A DNA stretch of 55,220 nucleotides. Source: an uncultured Pseudomonadales bacterium (lineage in GTDB: Bacteria; Patescibacteriota; Microgenomatia; UBA1400; UBA12108). The DNA lies in NCBI GenBank assembly GCA_964502225.1, contig CAZCUC010000006.1, positions 1 through 55,220 of the forward strand, given 5' to 3'. The notes below the pieces were generated by a model. It was not told where the DNA came from and made no database searches. It was given only the letters and a program-made list of their open reading frames with translations. Made by a program: the position numbers and the translations under genes. The number at the start of each line of letters is the position of its first letter. Position 1 is the stretch's first letter. Positions 18,001 through 30,000 of this stretch are shown here, piece by piece.

Positions 18001-21000
18001 CTTTGGTTAAATCAGCAATGAACTTGGCTAGTTGGAGATACTCTTGTTGGTTGAATAGTTGAGTGATATGGCGATGGGTTTCTGATCCAATAACTTCGAT
18101 CCTAAATGATCCATCGGGGTTTAGTGTGAAAGTAGGGTTGTTGCCACTAATACGACCGACATTGAATGACCATTGTTGAGGATCGAGTTGGGTGGCAGCC
18201 AGGATGAGTGCGGTTTTGTCGTCAGGACCCCAGTCTGGGTTGTCCCGAATACTCTTTATGAGTGCTTGCTTGGTTTGATCAATCAAAATCTGGTATTGAG
18301 GATCATCTTTGGGGATTGTCTCTCCAATAGCCTTTAGGATGCGCATGGCTTTGAGTGACTCAGGATAGCCATAGAGAAGCTCTGGAAGCTTAGTTTCGAA
18401 GGCATGGGTGTTGTCGGCAATGGTGACAGCAGAGAGGATGAGATCTCTGATGTCTGAACTGGCTAGATTAATAGGAGCAATATCGTGTTTGAGGATAGCT
18501 TCATGAATAATGGCTACTTGCTCTTTGTTGAATAGGCGAGAAAGGGGATGGTTGAGGTTGTTTTCTAGTTGTTCACGGAAATATCTGGCAGAGAGGACGT
18601 TGTGGCCGTTGTCGATGCCGAAGCGACTGGTGTTGATCCCCTCACGAACAGTGGGGTTGGTATATCCTAGGTCATGTCGATCTTGGATAACCATCGCTGC
18701 AAGATAGTCGATGGCCTTAATGTCTTTGCCTTGAGCTTTGAGTTTGTCGAGAATGTCAAAAGTGACTTTGGTATTGTGTTCAAATAAGTGACGCAGGCCA
18801 TGATCCCCCAGGAGATTCTCGGTATCGACATAGTCTTGGTATGCCAGAAGGTGGATTTCTTCGATGAGCATGGACTGAATCTCTTGCATGGAGATGGAAC
18901 CTGGACCTGAGAGCTTGACGCTTCCTGCAGCGATAGCTTCTTCCATCTTGCCTAGATAGAGGTTGATGAAGTCGTGGAGGAGGGCTTCTTTTGAGGCGTT
19001 GTTGCGCTTGCCGTAGTCGCCCAGCAATCGATCTGCTTCGTAGTAGGCTCGCTGTTTTACTTCGGCTATATTGCTAGATTTAGCTAGTCTTCCTGGCTCG
19101 ATGTATGCATTCATGGCAATTTGGTGATTCTCGTAGCTAGACTGAGGGTTGGAATAAATATCGGCAAGCTTGGGAGCCGTCTCTTTGGTCTTCTCTAGAT
19201 AATCTTCTTCATTTTGGATGAAAATAGAAGTAGAGAGGAGATTGGATGTGAAATTAATGTTGCCAACTTTCCTAAAGAAGGAGTTTAAGAGGGCTGCAGA
19301 ACGAGTCTCTAGCTCCAACATAAGTTGGGCACTATCGGAGATTATTCCGACTGGTCGCTTCAAGTCTCCATAACTACGATTGAGAAAAAGTTGTAGGTTG
19401 AAAAGTGGACCAGAGATATATTTGGTGACAAAATTTGATTTTTTGGTTGTTGGGAGAGCTAGCTGCGCTATGATATAGGTCTCTGCCTGATCTAGTGCAT
19501 CGTAGTGATCTTGGATATTTTTGGCGGCGACTGTGCCATTGACGGGGAGTGTCTTGGCGATCGCCTGTAGAGCATTGTGGAGCTGGTCTAGACCAGAGAT
19601 GTCGATTGTTTCCTCGCCACCCTTAATATCTTTGCCTACCTGATCTAGAAGTTTCCGTACTTCATTAATTTTTTGTAGGGCCACGTTGTAGTCGAAGGGT
19701 TCGTGAGTGATGTCACCTTTGAGCGCGAAAGCGATTATTTCGAGTGATTTTTGGATGTGTGGTTTATTGAATGTGTGGTCGTTGAGCTCTAGGATTACTC
19801 GATTGCTGTCTGTTCCAGTAGTTGCACTGATCCCGTTTGTAACTAGTTTCTGTATTGGCACAGCGCAAGATGAGCAGTCGGAGGAGGTAGATTGATTGAC
19901 TGGAATTCTGATCATAGCACCTGACCAGTCGTCGTTTTGAAAGATATTTTGGTTTGAGTTGATCATGTCAAACAACTCAACAGTACTAGTTGTTTTGCTC
20001 AGATACTCTCTGAGTATGTTTGGATCTTTAATATTTTTTACTAAACCATCACTTGTTGCAAAGAAGATATCGCCAGGTTCGGCTTTCCCAAAGAATACGT
20101 ACGGAGTAGTGGCTGTATCAGTACTACCTCCTAACTGATATGGCGAGACAACCCCTTTTTCATCTATATTTTGTTGGCTATATGCTTGATCATTTTTGGC
20201 ATAACTAAAATAATTTGATGGATGAATTAACGATTGGTAACCTGGATCACTTGCAAACACGCCATTCGTAGTTAGAAGATAAAGAGTTCCTTTTCTCAGG
20301 AGAAATATGGGTGAATCACCAAGTCCAAAACCGCCGTAGTATTGAGCTCCGTTTTTTTCGATTAGTGAGAGGCCGCTTATTGTGGTGTTCTTGTCTAATT
20401 TAGTTAAGTCAGCTTTACCAGTAGACGTGCGTGGCCTGAAAGATGGTTGAATTTTGCTCAGATAGTTTTTTACTATATCGTCGTGCAAGGTTTGGACAAA
20501 TTGTGTGGCTTTACTAGTCTGCATATTCGCGAATATATTCGAAAAAATCTGACTAAGACTCATGATATTTGAGGTAGAAGTGGTCCTCAAAAGTAATTGT
20601 GTCGCTGTTTTGGCACCGAGATGACTATCTTTAGCATTCCCTACACCGTCACCAACTGCGATTGATCTTGTTTCTTGGTTGTCACTGGCGTAATCTTGTG
20701 AGACATCTTTTGCTGGAAGTTTTTGGATATAGCTAGAGGTTGTTTTGATATTTGCTTGTTCTGCTATGGGGGTTGCCCGCTTTGTTGTGGTCGAGCTAGT
20801 AGGGATGATGCCAAGCTTGATGAGGTCCCGGATGATAGAAGAGTTGGGGGTGTTTTGGTAGACGGTAAAGAGGGTTTTTGTACCCGGTATGTAGTGACCT
20901 ACTTCATTTAAGTTGGGTAAAGGGTCAATAAATACAACTAAGCCAGATTTGTTAATCATGATATTGGTCGGCCAAATATCTGTCCAAGGAATGTTTTGCT

Positions 21001-24000
21001 CATCTAGTGTTTTACCAAACTCGATTATCTGATCTATCTGTTCCTGAGTTAGTGAATGGTCATTGAGATATTCAGAAAGAGTGACTCCATCTACATGCTC
21101 CATTACATACCCAATAATATTGTCGTCGACATTTGATTTGAGGGTGGATATAGCTTTGGCAAAATGATTGTTTCCAGGGAGTCTGCTCTCGGCAGATTTC
21201 AGGAAATCAAATTCTGACATGGTTAATTCGAAGGCGTCTCGAGCATATGAAGTAGAATCAAAGTTCGGTATCATGCTTGTTGTTTCAGGAGGAATTTTTT
21301 TGATTATTTTGATCGCGACAGTCTTGCCTGTTTGCGTGTGCGTGGCCTGATAGACATCTGCGTAGCTACCACTACCGAGGTGACCAGTTATCTCATATTC
21401 GTCTTGACTATTGGCTTTATATTTCGAGCCGATTTCAATGTTTGAGTCTGAAACTGACGGTTTGTACTCTGAGCTATATCGGATCCTGGGGAGCAATGGG
21501 TAGTCGTAGACTACTTCGTGCTTGGATTGGTTGATTTGTACCCCTCCGCCCCAACCGACGCCATTTTCATCGATGCCTATTTTGTAAACCTCTTCTTCCT
21601 TACTGGCGTCTTTGAAGATACTCACGACGTAAAACTGAGGTCCTGAGGGGTTTGCTTGGCTTTGTGGGGTGAGTGTGTAGCTAATTTGGGAGTAGGGGAC
21701 ACCAATACTGTCGGCGTATTTACGTACACCGGAGGGGAGATTATCTGTTAATCCAGGAAATTGAATGATACCTACTTCGATCCCTAGGAAGCGATCAAGC
21801 CACTGGCGGAATCCAGATCTATTTTCTTGGGCTATAGGCTGCTTAGTTGTGACATAGAGATCTATTGGTTCTACTAGCATGGTATCTTGAGACGCAGTAG
21901 TTACGCTGATTAGGTATGGACTAGCGTCGCTGGCAGTTGAAAGCTCTTCGGCAGTGGGGAAATGGTTGGATGAGAGTTGGTTGAGGCTTTCGTGCCTGTT
22001 TTCTCTATCTCCAGTTATTGCGATGTATTCGTTTCTTTCTTTGTTGAAGAAAGTGCGAGTTCCGTCTGGTCTAACCAATACGACGGTTTGGCCTTCGTCT
22101 AAGTACTGCATCAAGGATTTGTTGTCTGACGGGAATATTTTAGCAAGGTTCAAGGTGTGATTATTCGTAAATGTCCAGTTGATAGCCGGATTACCAATAA
22201 GTGCTTCGATCTTGGTTTGAGGAGTAAATTCTCGATATCTGGCTAGCTCAAAATGATCGTACAATAGGCCGGAGGTACGAATCACTGACTCTAGCGCAAG
22301 GACTTCGGGGTTATCGGAATTGAATAGGAAAGCGGCAACATAATGCATTGTAGCTTCCTTTATGTCTAGATTAGGATAGCGAGATTTGAGTATGCCTAGT
22401 AGTATGTCTTTTGCAATGTTTCCAGTGTTTATCGCGGGATTGGGGATGTGGGTTTGACCTTCAAGATCTTCGATAATGTTCGATACATTGTCTTTTAGGT
22501 TATCGTTTGGAGCAAAGCGGAACACGAAAGAATTGGATATATTTGATATATAAGTTTCAATATTTTGCATCACTTGGTTGAATCTAGATAGGTGATCGGT
22601 AAAGATGAGTTGGTGACTGGTGACATCATTGTGGATTCTCAGCGCGCCATCTATAGTATAAATACCATACGATTGATCTCCGATTAATATCGTAAGATAT
22701 CCTTCTTCTGTTACTACAATCCCTTCGGCTGGAATTTCGTTAACTCCAAAGAAACTGTGTGTGAGGACTGGCTGATTGCCTGTCGGCTTGAGGAGATATC
22801 CAGCTTCGGTAACCGTGAGTTCTATCGCATCATTTAGAGCAGTGTAACTTTTTGGAGTAGATGAGGACGGGTTACTGAGGGTAGTGTATTGTGGTGTTTG
22901 ATTGGCAATCGTTGATGCGAGATAGTCTACTGAAAGATTGGTCAGAAAGATGTTTACGTTTTCTAGTACTGAGCGTTTGGGCACAGAGTAGGAATTGGGG
23001 ATATTATCCAAATCAATGTTGTCGCGGTTGGTAATGAGCCATTCTCTGATCTCATTCATCGTTATTGACTGTTGAGTTGGTCTGATTCCACTCTGAGGAG
23101 TGGCGATGGACATATATCTCACGCCGCGGAGATTGGTAAAGGTAACGACTTTACCTGATTTTAGCGGTAGGGTGATGGTCTGGAAATCGGGGAGCGCGAT
23201 GACATTTATTAGGGACCTTGATCTGGATAAGAAGAAGAGGAGGGGATTGGGGCCGGCGCCTTTTTCACTCCTTGGTGAGCGGATCCAGTTGGAGAGATTG
23301 GTTATGATCCTAGTTATAAAAGATGGTGTTACTTCTTTGTTAGATGGCGTGGTTAGTGCTCCAACAGGAAGTGTATTGCCGTTGAAAACGATAGAAATGG
23401 GCGTTGTGTTTGGAGGTATTAGTTCTAGGAGAGCATCGCTAGTATACGCTTGCGAGGTTTGAGTGCCTTCTGCTGATCTGTGATTGATATTTATTTCTCC
23501 GCCTAGTGACTCTATTACCACAACTTCGCCGTCAGGTAGTTCAAAGCGAAGGTTGCGGAAAATATCGAGTTCTACGAGATCAGTTATAGGGGTTGGTGTG
23601 TCAAGAATTAGTCCCGCAGAAGTCAATTGGTTGGTTGTAAGATTATTCCCATTGTAACTGATTCTCTTGATGTCATTGAAATCTGATGGAAGTAGATTTG
23701 GATCAAATTCACTGTGAGATGAGACACCGCTAGCAGGGGTGATATCTATGCCATTTTGCGTGACGGTGTACACATCGCCATCATCAGTTTCGATGATCAA
23801 CTGTGTAAAGCTAGGGAGGGTAACGAGATTTTGGATCGAGATGGCACGAGGAATGGTGAGAACTGGAACAATGCTAGTTGGCATCGCTGGTGTAGAGTGA
23901 ATGATAGGCGAGATATTGCCATCGAGATCAATGCTACTGGGGATGGTGGTAAAGAGGGCACCTGTGATGATGGAGTGTTTTTGGGCAGGATTTAATTCTA

Positions 24001-27000
24001 GGGCAGTCACTCGATCTATTGCCTGTGTTTGGGTAATAGTTCCATTGTCGATCGCAATCTTGAGAGTCTTAATAGCTTTGGTTGTAGCACTGGGGAAGAG
24101 CCATTCGATCGGATTAAATTTCCCTGTGGTTGGGCTATATCCTCGTTTGATCTCAAGAGTAGACCAGTCGACTGGTGGAGTGGCCTTTTTCGAAGTACTG
24201 GGAGTTTGAGCGATAGTTTCTGTTTTTGGACCCTCGGTGCTGGCAATGTATTTACTTTCTGATTCTGGCGAGATCGACTTTCTGTGAGCGTCTGCGCCAG
24301 ACTGAAGATCATTGGATAGAAGGAAAGAGTCTCGACTATTGATAGCCTCTAATGGGCCAAACGGGGCATATTCGAAGCCATTGGGGTTGTTTTTAATGAA
24401 GTCACGATTGGCTTGCATGCGGGCAAAAGCTTCTGGATTTTCTCTAGATATTTGTTCGAGGATGGCTTTGTTTGCGGGATCTTTGAAAATATCCTGCATT
24501 TTTTGAGAACCTTCTCTGGCTATCTCGTTGCGACGATCGATAGAGAGTTGGGCAACATCTTTGGCACTGAGACTGCGACCATCTTTGCCGGCGAAGAAGA
24601 CGTCAATTAAAGTCTTCGATGCCCAGTCGGCGATCTTAGTATTGGTACTTCTGACTAGATCGACTATGGGCTGGCGAGCCTGGGCTTCGACTAGATTGTT
24701 CATGACACTGGTGGCATTGTTTTTGTTGATAGTAGCCTCGTATTTTTCCATGTTGGTGCGCCAGGTTTTGAAGTCAAAATTATGATTGGCATTTGCTAAC
24801 CTGGATTCGGCAGTTCCAGATGTAGCCATGGGTTCTTTGGTACCACCGATGACAATACTAAATGTCTCCATGTCGAGGGTATTGCCACGATTGCCACGAG
24901 AACCTTCTTGGGCGATTGAGTAGGTTGGTTGACCTTCGACAAAGATAGGAATAAATTGGACGTTTTCCGGGGTTTTGATGCTGTCGCCAGTCGAGCCACC
25001 TTTGTCGATGATGAGGATGAGGTCTGGTTCACCGTTTTGGAAGCGTTCTTGGATAGCTTGCTGAGTAGTCTCTGTTTTACGTACAACTTTACCGTTTGCA
25101 TCGAGAGTAATTTCAAAGTAAACGCTACCTTTCTCCTCTGCAAAATATGTTTTCTTTGGCTCGCCTGCAGTTTTTCGACCACGTTCGATAGCCTGGGCAA
25201 ACTCTGTGCTAGACATATTTTCGAGAGCATGGGCGATTTTGACACTACCTTTGACCTTGCGACTGCCAAACATATCCTCAACAAGTTGGAGCCCTTCTTT
25301 GGTTGTAGAGACGGCATGGGTATTCTCCTGTTTGATGAGAGCTCCGTCTAGAGCATCGGCTGTATTTACAATCTTGACAGTAGCATCGGAGCTAGCGTGG
25401 ATCCGCATCCCTAGAACGGTCTCGGCCGCACCCCTCATGCCACCCAAGGTACCGGTGACTGCACTTTGACCATTCCTGGCGTCTGCAGAGACCAGTTTGA
25501 CGTAATCCATGATGGTGGATTTGATGGCTTTGGTGCTAGTGGTGCTAAGTCCTACGGTATTTGGAGTCTGACCATTTCTGATAGCCCCTACATATTCCAT
25601 GGTTAGATACATGTCACCGGAGAAGGTTTGGCCTTCGCTAAGAGCTCCGTTTTTGGGGATGGAAACCTCACTTTCGTAGCGCGTCTCTCCAGGTTTGGCT
25701 TGATTTTTTAGAGTTGAGTCAACCGCGCGTTCATAGCCTGTATCTAGACTCTTGGCATAAGTATCGATCATGCTAATCTGGTCGAGCACATGTTCGATGG
25801 CGGCGGCATCTTTACCAGTTCTACTGACTAACTGTTCGATGGTTTCAAATCTATTGTTAGATACTTCGTTAAAGAATTCGGCGCCATTTTGTTTCCTGAG
25901 AGAGTTGGTGATTCTGACTTCGGCTTCTGAGCTAAATCTAGCGGTCTCTAGAGCTACGCCGTCGGGGGAGAGGAGTCGATCAGCCAGAGCGGACTTGCCA
26001 CCGTCCCAGTTTTGATGAGCATAGGCATCACCATTTACAAGAATAGCTTCTTTGGTGAGGATTTCTGCTACCTCTTTGGCGGCCAGTTCCTTACTGGCTT
26101 CAGCCACTTTTTTGTTGCCTTTTTGGTTGACACCTGCAACGTTTGGATCGAGTGTAAGCTGGGCTTCATCGTAATATGTACCAACATTTTTAGTCATTTT
26201 GTCGAGGATGGCTACGGATGGTTCGTAGCTTGGGTGAGTACGATCGAGAGTATTGTTTTGAAGGAAGTTTACGTCGTTTGGGCCGGTGACAATGTATTTT
26301 GACTTAAGTAACGCCTCGACATATCCAGGTTCTCCAAGCCTGTATACATCAAGGATAATGACGCTGTCTCCAACCGCCGTCATCTTGTCTAGTTGAGTGC
26401 GGATCGAGCTCTGCTGACCTTCTTTGGTGAGGTATACACCAGTTTCGTTGCCAAAAATTTCAAGCCGGGCTTTGAGGGTCATGGCTCCAACCATAGTTTT
26501 ACCACCTGCGGTAGTTAGCTCAACCGCAGTAAATTTGCCACTGAGTAGTTTTTGGAAAGTATCGATCTGATTGGCGCGAGAAGAACGTGACCCATCCTCG
26601 AAGATGGCTAGACGATGCTCGGTATCTCTAATAATATCAGTAACTTTTTGCTGTACTTCCGAGGTAAGACCTAGCTCAGCTGGGATCACAATTTCTTTCT
26701 TGACAGAGAGATCAAGGATATTTTTTTCTAAACTGGTCAAATATGTCTGATCCGCTGTTGAGCCTTTGGCTTTTTCCACAGCAATTTTTTGCTCTAAAGT
26801 CCTAATTTCGGTGAGAATATCAAGTTTTTGCAGTGCTTCTTGGACTTCGTTCATGCGCTTGAGTCCGTTTTGTTTATCGGCCAAAACAGTGGTACGTAAC
26901 TCGTCGAGAACGAGGTTATACTCGTCAACTAATTTATTCCGATTACTAAGCTCGGGAATGGCTTGGAGTTCTTTGATCCTGGCCTTCTGTTCAGCTGAAC

Positions 27001-30000
27001 GATTTGATTTGGCGATGGTTTCTAATCTTGATAATTCTCTGGAGTTGGCTAATTTTTCGTGAGCGAGTGTTAATTTTTCGATTTCGGCTTTTTGACCGTT
27101 GCTGGCGAGTTCAGTGAGAGTTTTGTTGGCTTCATTTTTCGCTTGAGCGGGATCTTGGGCAATTCTGGTACTAGATTCTTCAGACAGAATAGATCTTTCT
27201 TGATTGGCTTTCTCTCTGCTGATACGAGCGAGATTCTCTTCGAAGGTTGTTTTTTCGGTAGAAGTTTTGAAGAGGGGATCTAGGATAAGCTCAACTCCGG
27301 TGGGGGCAGTTGCCTTTTTGCTAAAGAGGGCTTCACGTAGGCGAGTGAGGAGGGGAGGTGGTGGTGGAGGGGTGAGGGCGGCGATTTGCCGTGCTACTTC
27401 TGCGTGTTTGACTGTCGCTAACGCTAAATCTTCGCGAGCGGAAGCAAGAGACTCTTCCATTTGACGGCGAACAGAGCTATTAACTTTTTCGAGATTGTTT
27501 TCTAGTCCAGTAACTCGTTCTCTAGCCGTAGTAAGCTCGGCTTCGCGGAGTGCGAGTTCTTGTCGAGCAGTAGTGAGTGTAGGATTTTCTACAGGTTTGC
27601 TAAATACTTCTCGAAGGCGAGTGAGGACGCCAGAAGATTTTTCGTTAGCTGGTGGGGCCTGAGGTTTGACTGGGCTTTCGGCAATTTCTGGAGGTTTAAG
27701 TGCTGTGCCTGCCAATTCTTGAGCGCGAGCATATTCAATCTCTGCTTTGTTTAGATTTTCTCGCAGCTGTGGAGTGACCGCTTCCTTGTTGTTTTCGAGT
27801 GTAAGCCTGGCAGCATCAACTTTAACCTTGGCTTGTTCGAGTCTGATTTGCTCGGGTGATTTGATTTCGGTGAGGGTAGGGGTCGAGGCTGTTTTGGGTC
27901 CGGTAAGTTTGGCAACGAGCGGATCTTGGACAGCACCGGAGATACCCATGGCGCACATGGACATGGTGTCGATATTGGCAGGGCCCTCGAATACTTTGGA
28001 GCAGGCACTAATTCCAAAAGTAATGGCAGAAGCAGTGTGAATACCTTGAAGTGCTGAGCCTCCAGTTAGTGCAACTGTTCCAAGCTTGCCTTCGATCTGA
28101 GCAAGTTTTGCTACCAGCCCAAAGTTGGTACTGGCCAGCTTGCCAAAGGAAGCGGCGGCCATGAGGATGCCCGAGGTACAGTCGAGAGAAGTCGAGTTCT
28201 CTCCGCAAGCTTCGTAGGCCATTTTGCCAAAAGTCACAGCACCAAGGAATTCGGTTCCGATATTGCCTGCCACTATGGTTTTTTGAGCAAGAGAGAGTGT
28301 GGCCCCAGCTTCGGCTACGCCGACTAGGGAGTTGGCTAGTCCTAGGCCGGTACCTGCGACGGAGATGGTGGCAATCGCGATTGCAGTATGACAGGCCTCG
28401 CTCCCGGGAGCTTGGGTGCAAGCGTCGGTGGCGGTGCCAATCATCTGGGTGGAGGAAGCAATGCCAAATCCGGTGCCAAGGAATGCTCCTGCACTGGGAG
28501 CGAGAGGGAGGGCAACTGCAGTCGTGACGACAAAGGCGGCGTCGCCGCCCTGGATGATGCCTCCTGAGATTACCCCCCATTTATCGATAGGATTTTCTAA
28601 GCCCATGGCTGAACCAAATGTATCGGCAGATACAAGTCCAAAGGTAGCATTTGACATGCCAATCGACAGTATGGTGCGGGTCATGCCGTTTCCATTTGCT
28701 GACTCTAGCAATAGGTCATTGCCACGTTTGAAGCGGCCGGCTGTAAAGTTGTTCCAACCGAGGACAATATTGGTGCCAAAGTCTTGGCGGAGCTCTGTGA
28801 GGGCGGCTTCTTGGGCTACCCAGTCGGTGTTGGGGTCGGCCGCGAGTCGGTCGTAGTTGGCAGGGTCCATGTTTTGCAGGGTAAAGGCGATTCTCTCCTG
28901 TGACATGCTATTTTGGTAAATCTTGTTTTTCTGATTTTGGATATTGATCAAAGTGAGTTCTGGGTCGTTTGTGTAGGCGCTGAGGCTGGTCAAAGATTCG
29001 TCTACATTGTTGCAGTTGGCCCCACCTAGAGCGTTGCAGGTGGAGGCTAGGTAGAGCTCTTCTAGCTGGGGTACATAGGTGGCACCTGTTTGAGAGTTGT
29101 TGGTCAGTTTAGTGGCAGTTTTCTGTGCGTATTGTTGACACTGATCAATTGAGTTGGCCGGCGAACTACGACATGTTTTAAAGGCAAGGTCATACTCTGT
29201 CTGGTAGTTAACGGGAGCCGCCTGACTAAGTTTTTTCTTGGTTTGCTGGTTGGCGATGGCTTCGCAGTCTCCACGGCCCTGAGTATTTGTCATACAGGCC
29301 AGGTACTCTGTTTGATAAATGGCTTGGGTATCGATGGCGGTGCTCGTGATATTACCTGTTTGGCCCAGCTCGTACCTGCTAATGGCATAGTTGGCCTGTT
29401 TTTGCCGGTTGAGTTCTAATGCCTTTTCCGCACTAATGCCGATATCTTTGAGTAATCCTCCATCGAGTAAATATTTACATCGATCAGAACTGATACCTCG
29501 GCAATACTCCTGCGAAAGCTGTGCGCTAGTGGTGGTGAGATATTTTGCCACCATTTGGTTTTGCGCTAGTTGTTGTTTGGCTTGAGAGGCTAGATCTTTG
29601 TTGGTGAGTTTGTTTAAATAATCCTCGCGGACGAAGTTCATCCTACAGTCGCGGTCGTCACCACAGATGCTATTGGCGATATCGGAATTCGATTTGGAAG
29701 AATCGGCGAAGATTTTGACGAGTTCTAGATCTTTTTTGTAGTTGGCGATATTGGTATCTCGCGTGCTCAAGAGCTCGTGGAGGGTGGCGGAATCAGTGAC
29801 TAGTCCTCTCAGATAAGACTCGGCGGTCAAATCGCGGCATTCGCCAGGGTGAGCTGGGTCGCAACCGGCCAGGGCTTTGAGATCGGTAGTAGGACTCAAG
29901 AAAGCTTGAATTTTGGCCTGATATGCCTCCTGTGCTTGAGAGTTTTGTTGTTGATTGGCGATGATTTCTTCTTTAACTGCGGTATCAAAAACAGCAGAAT

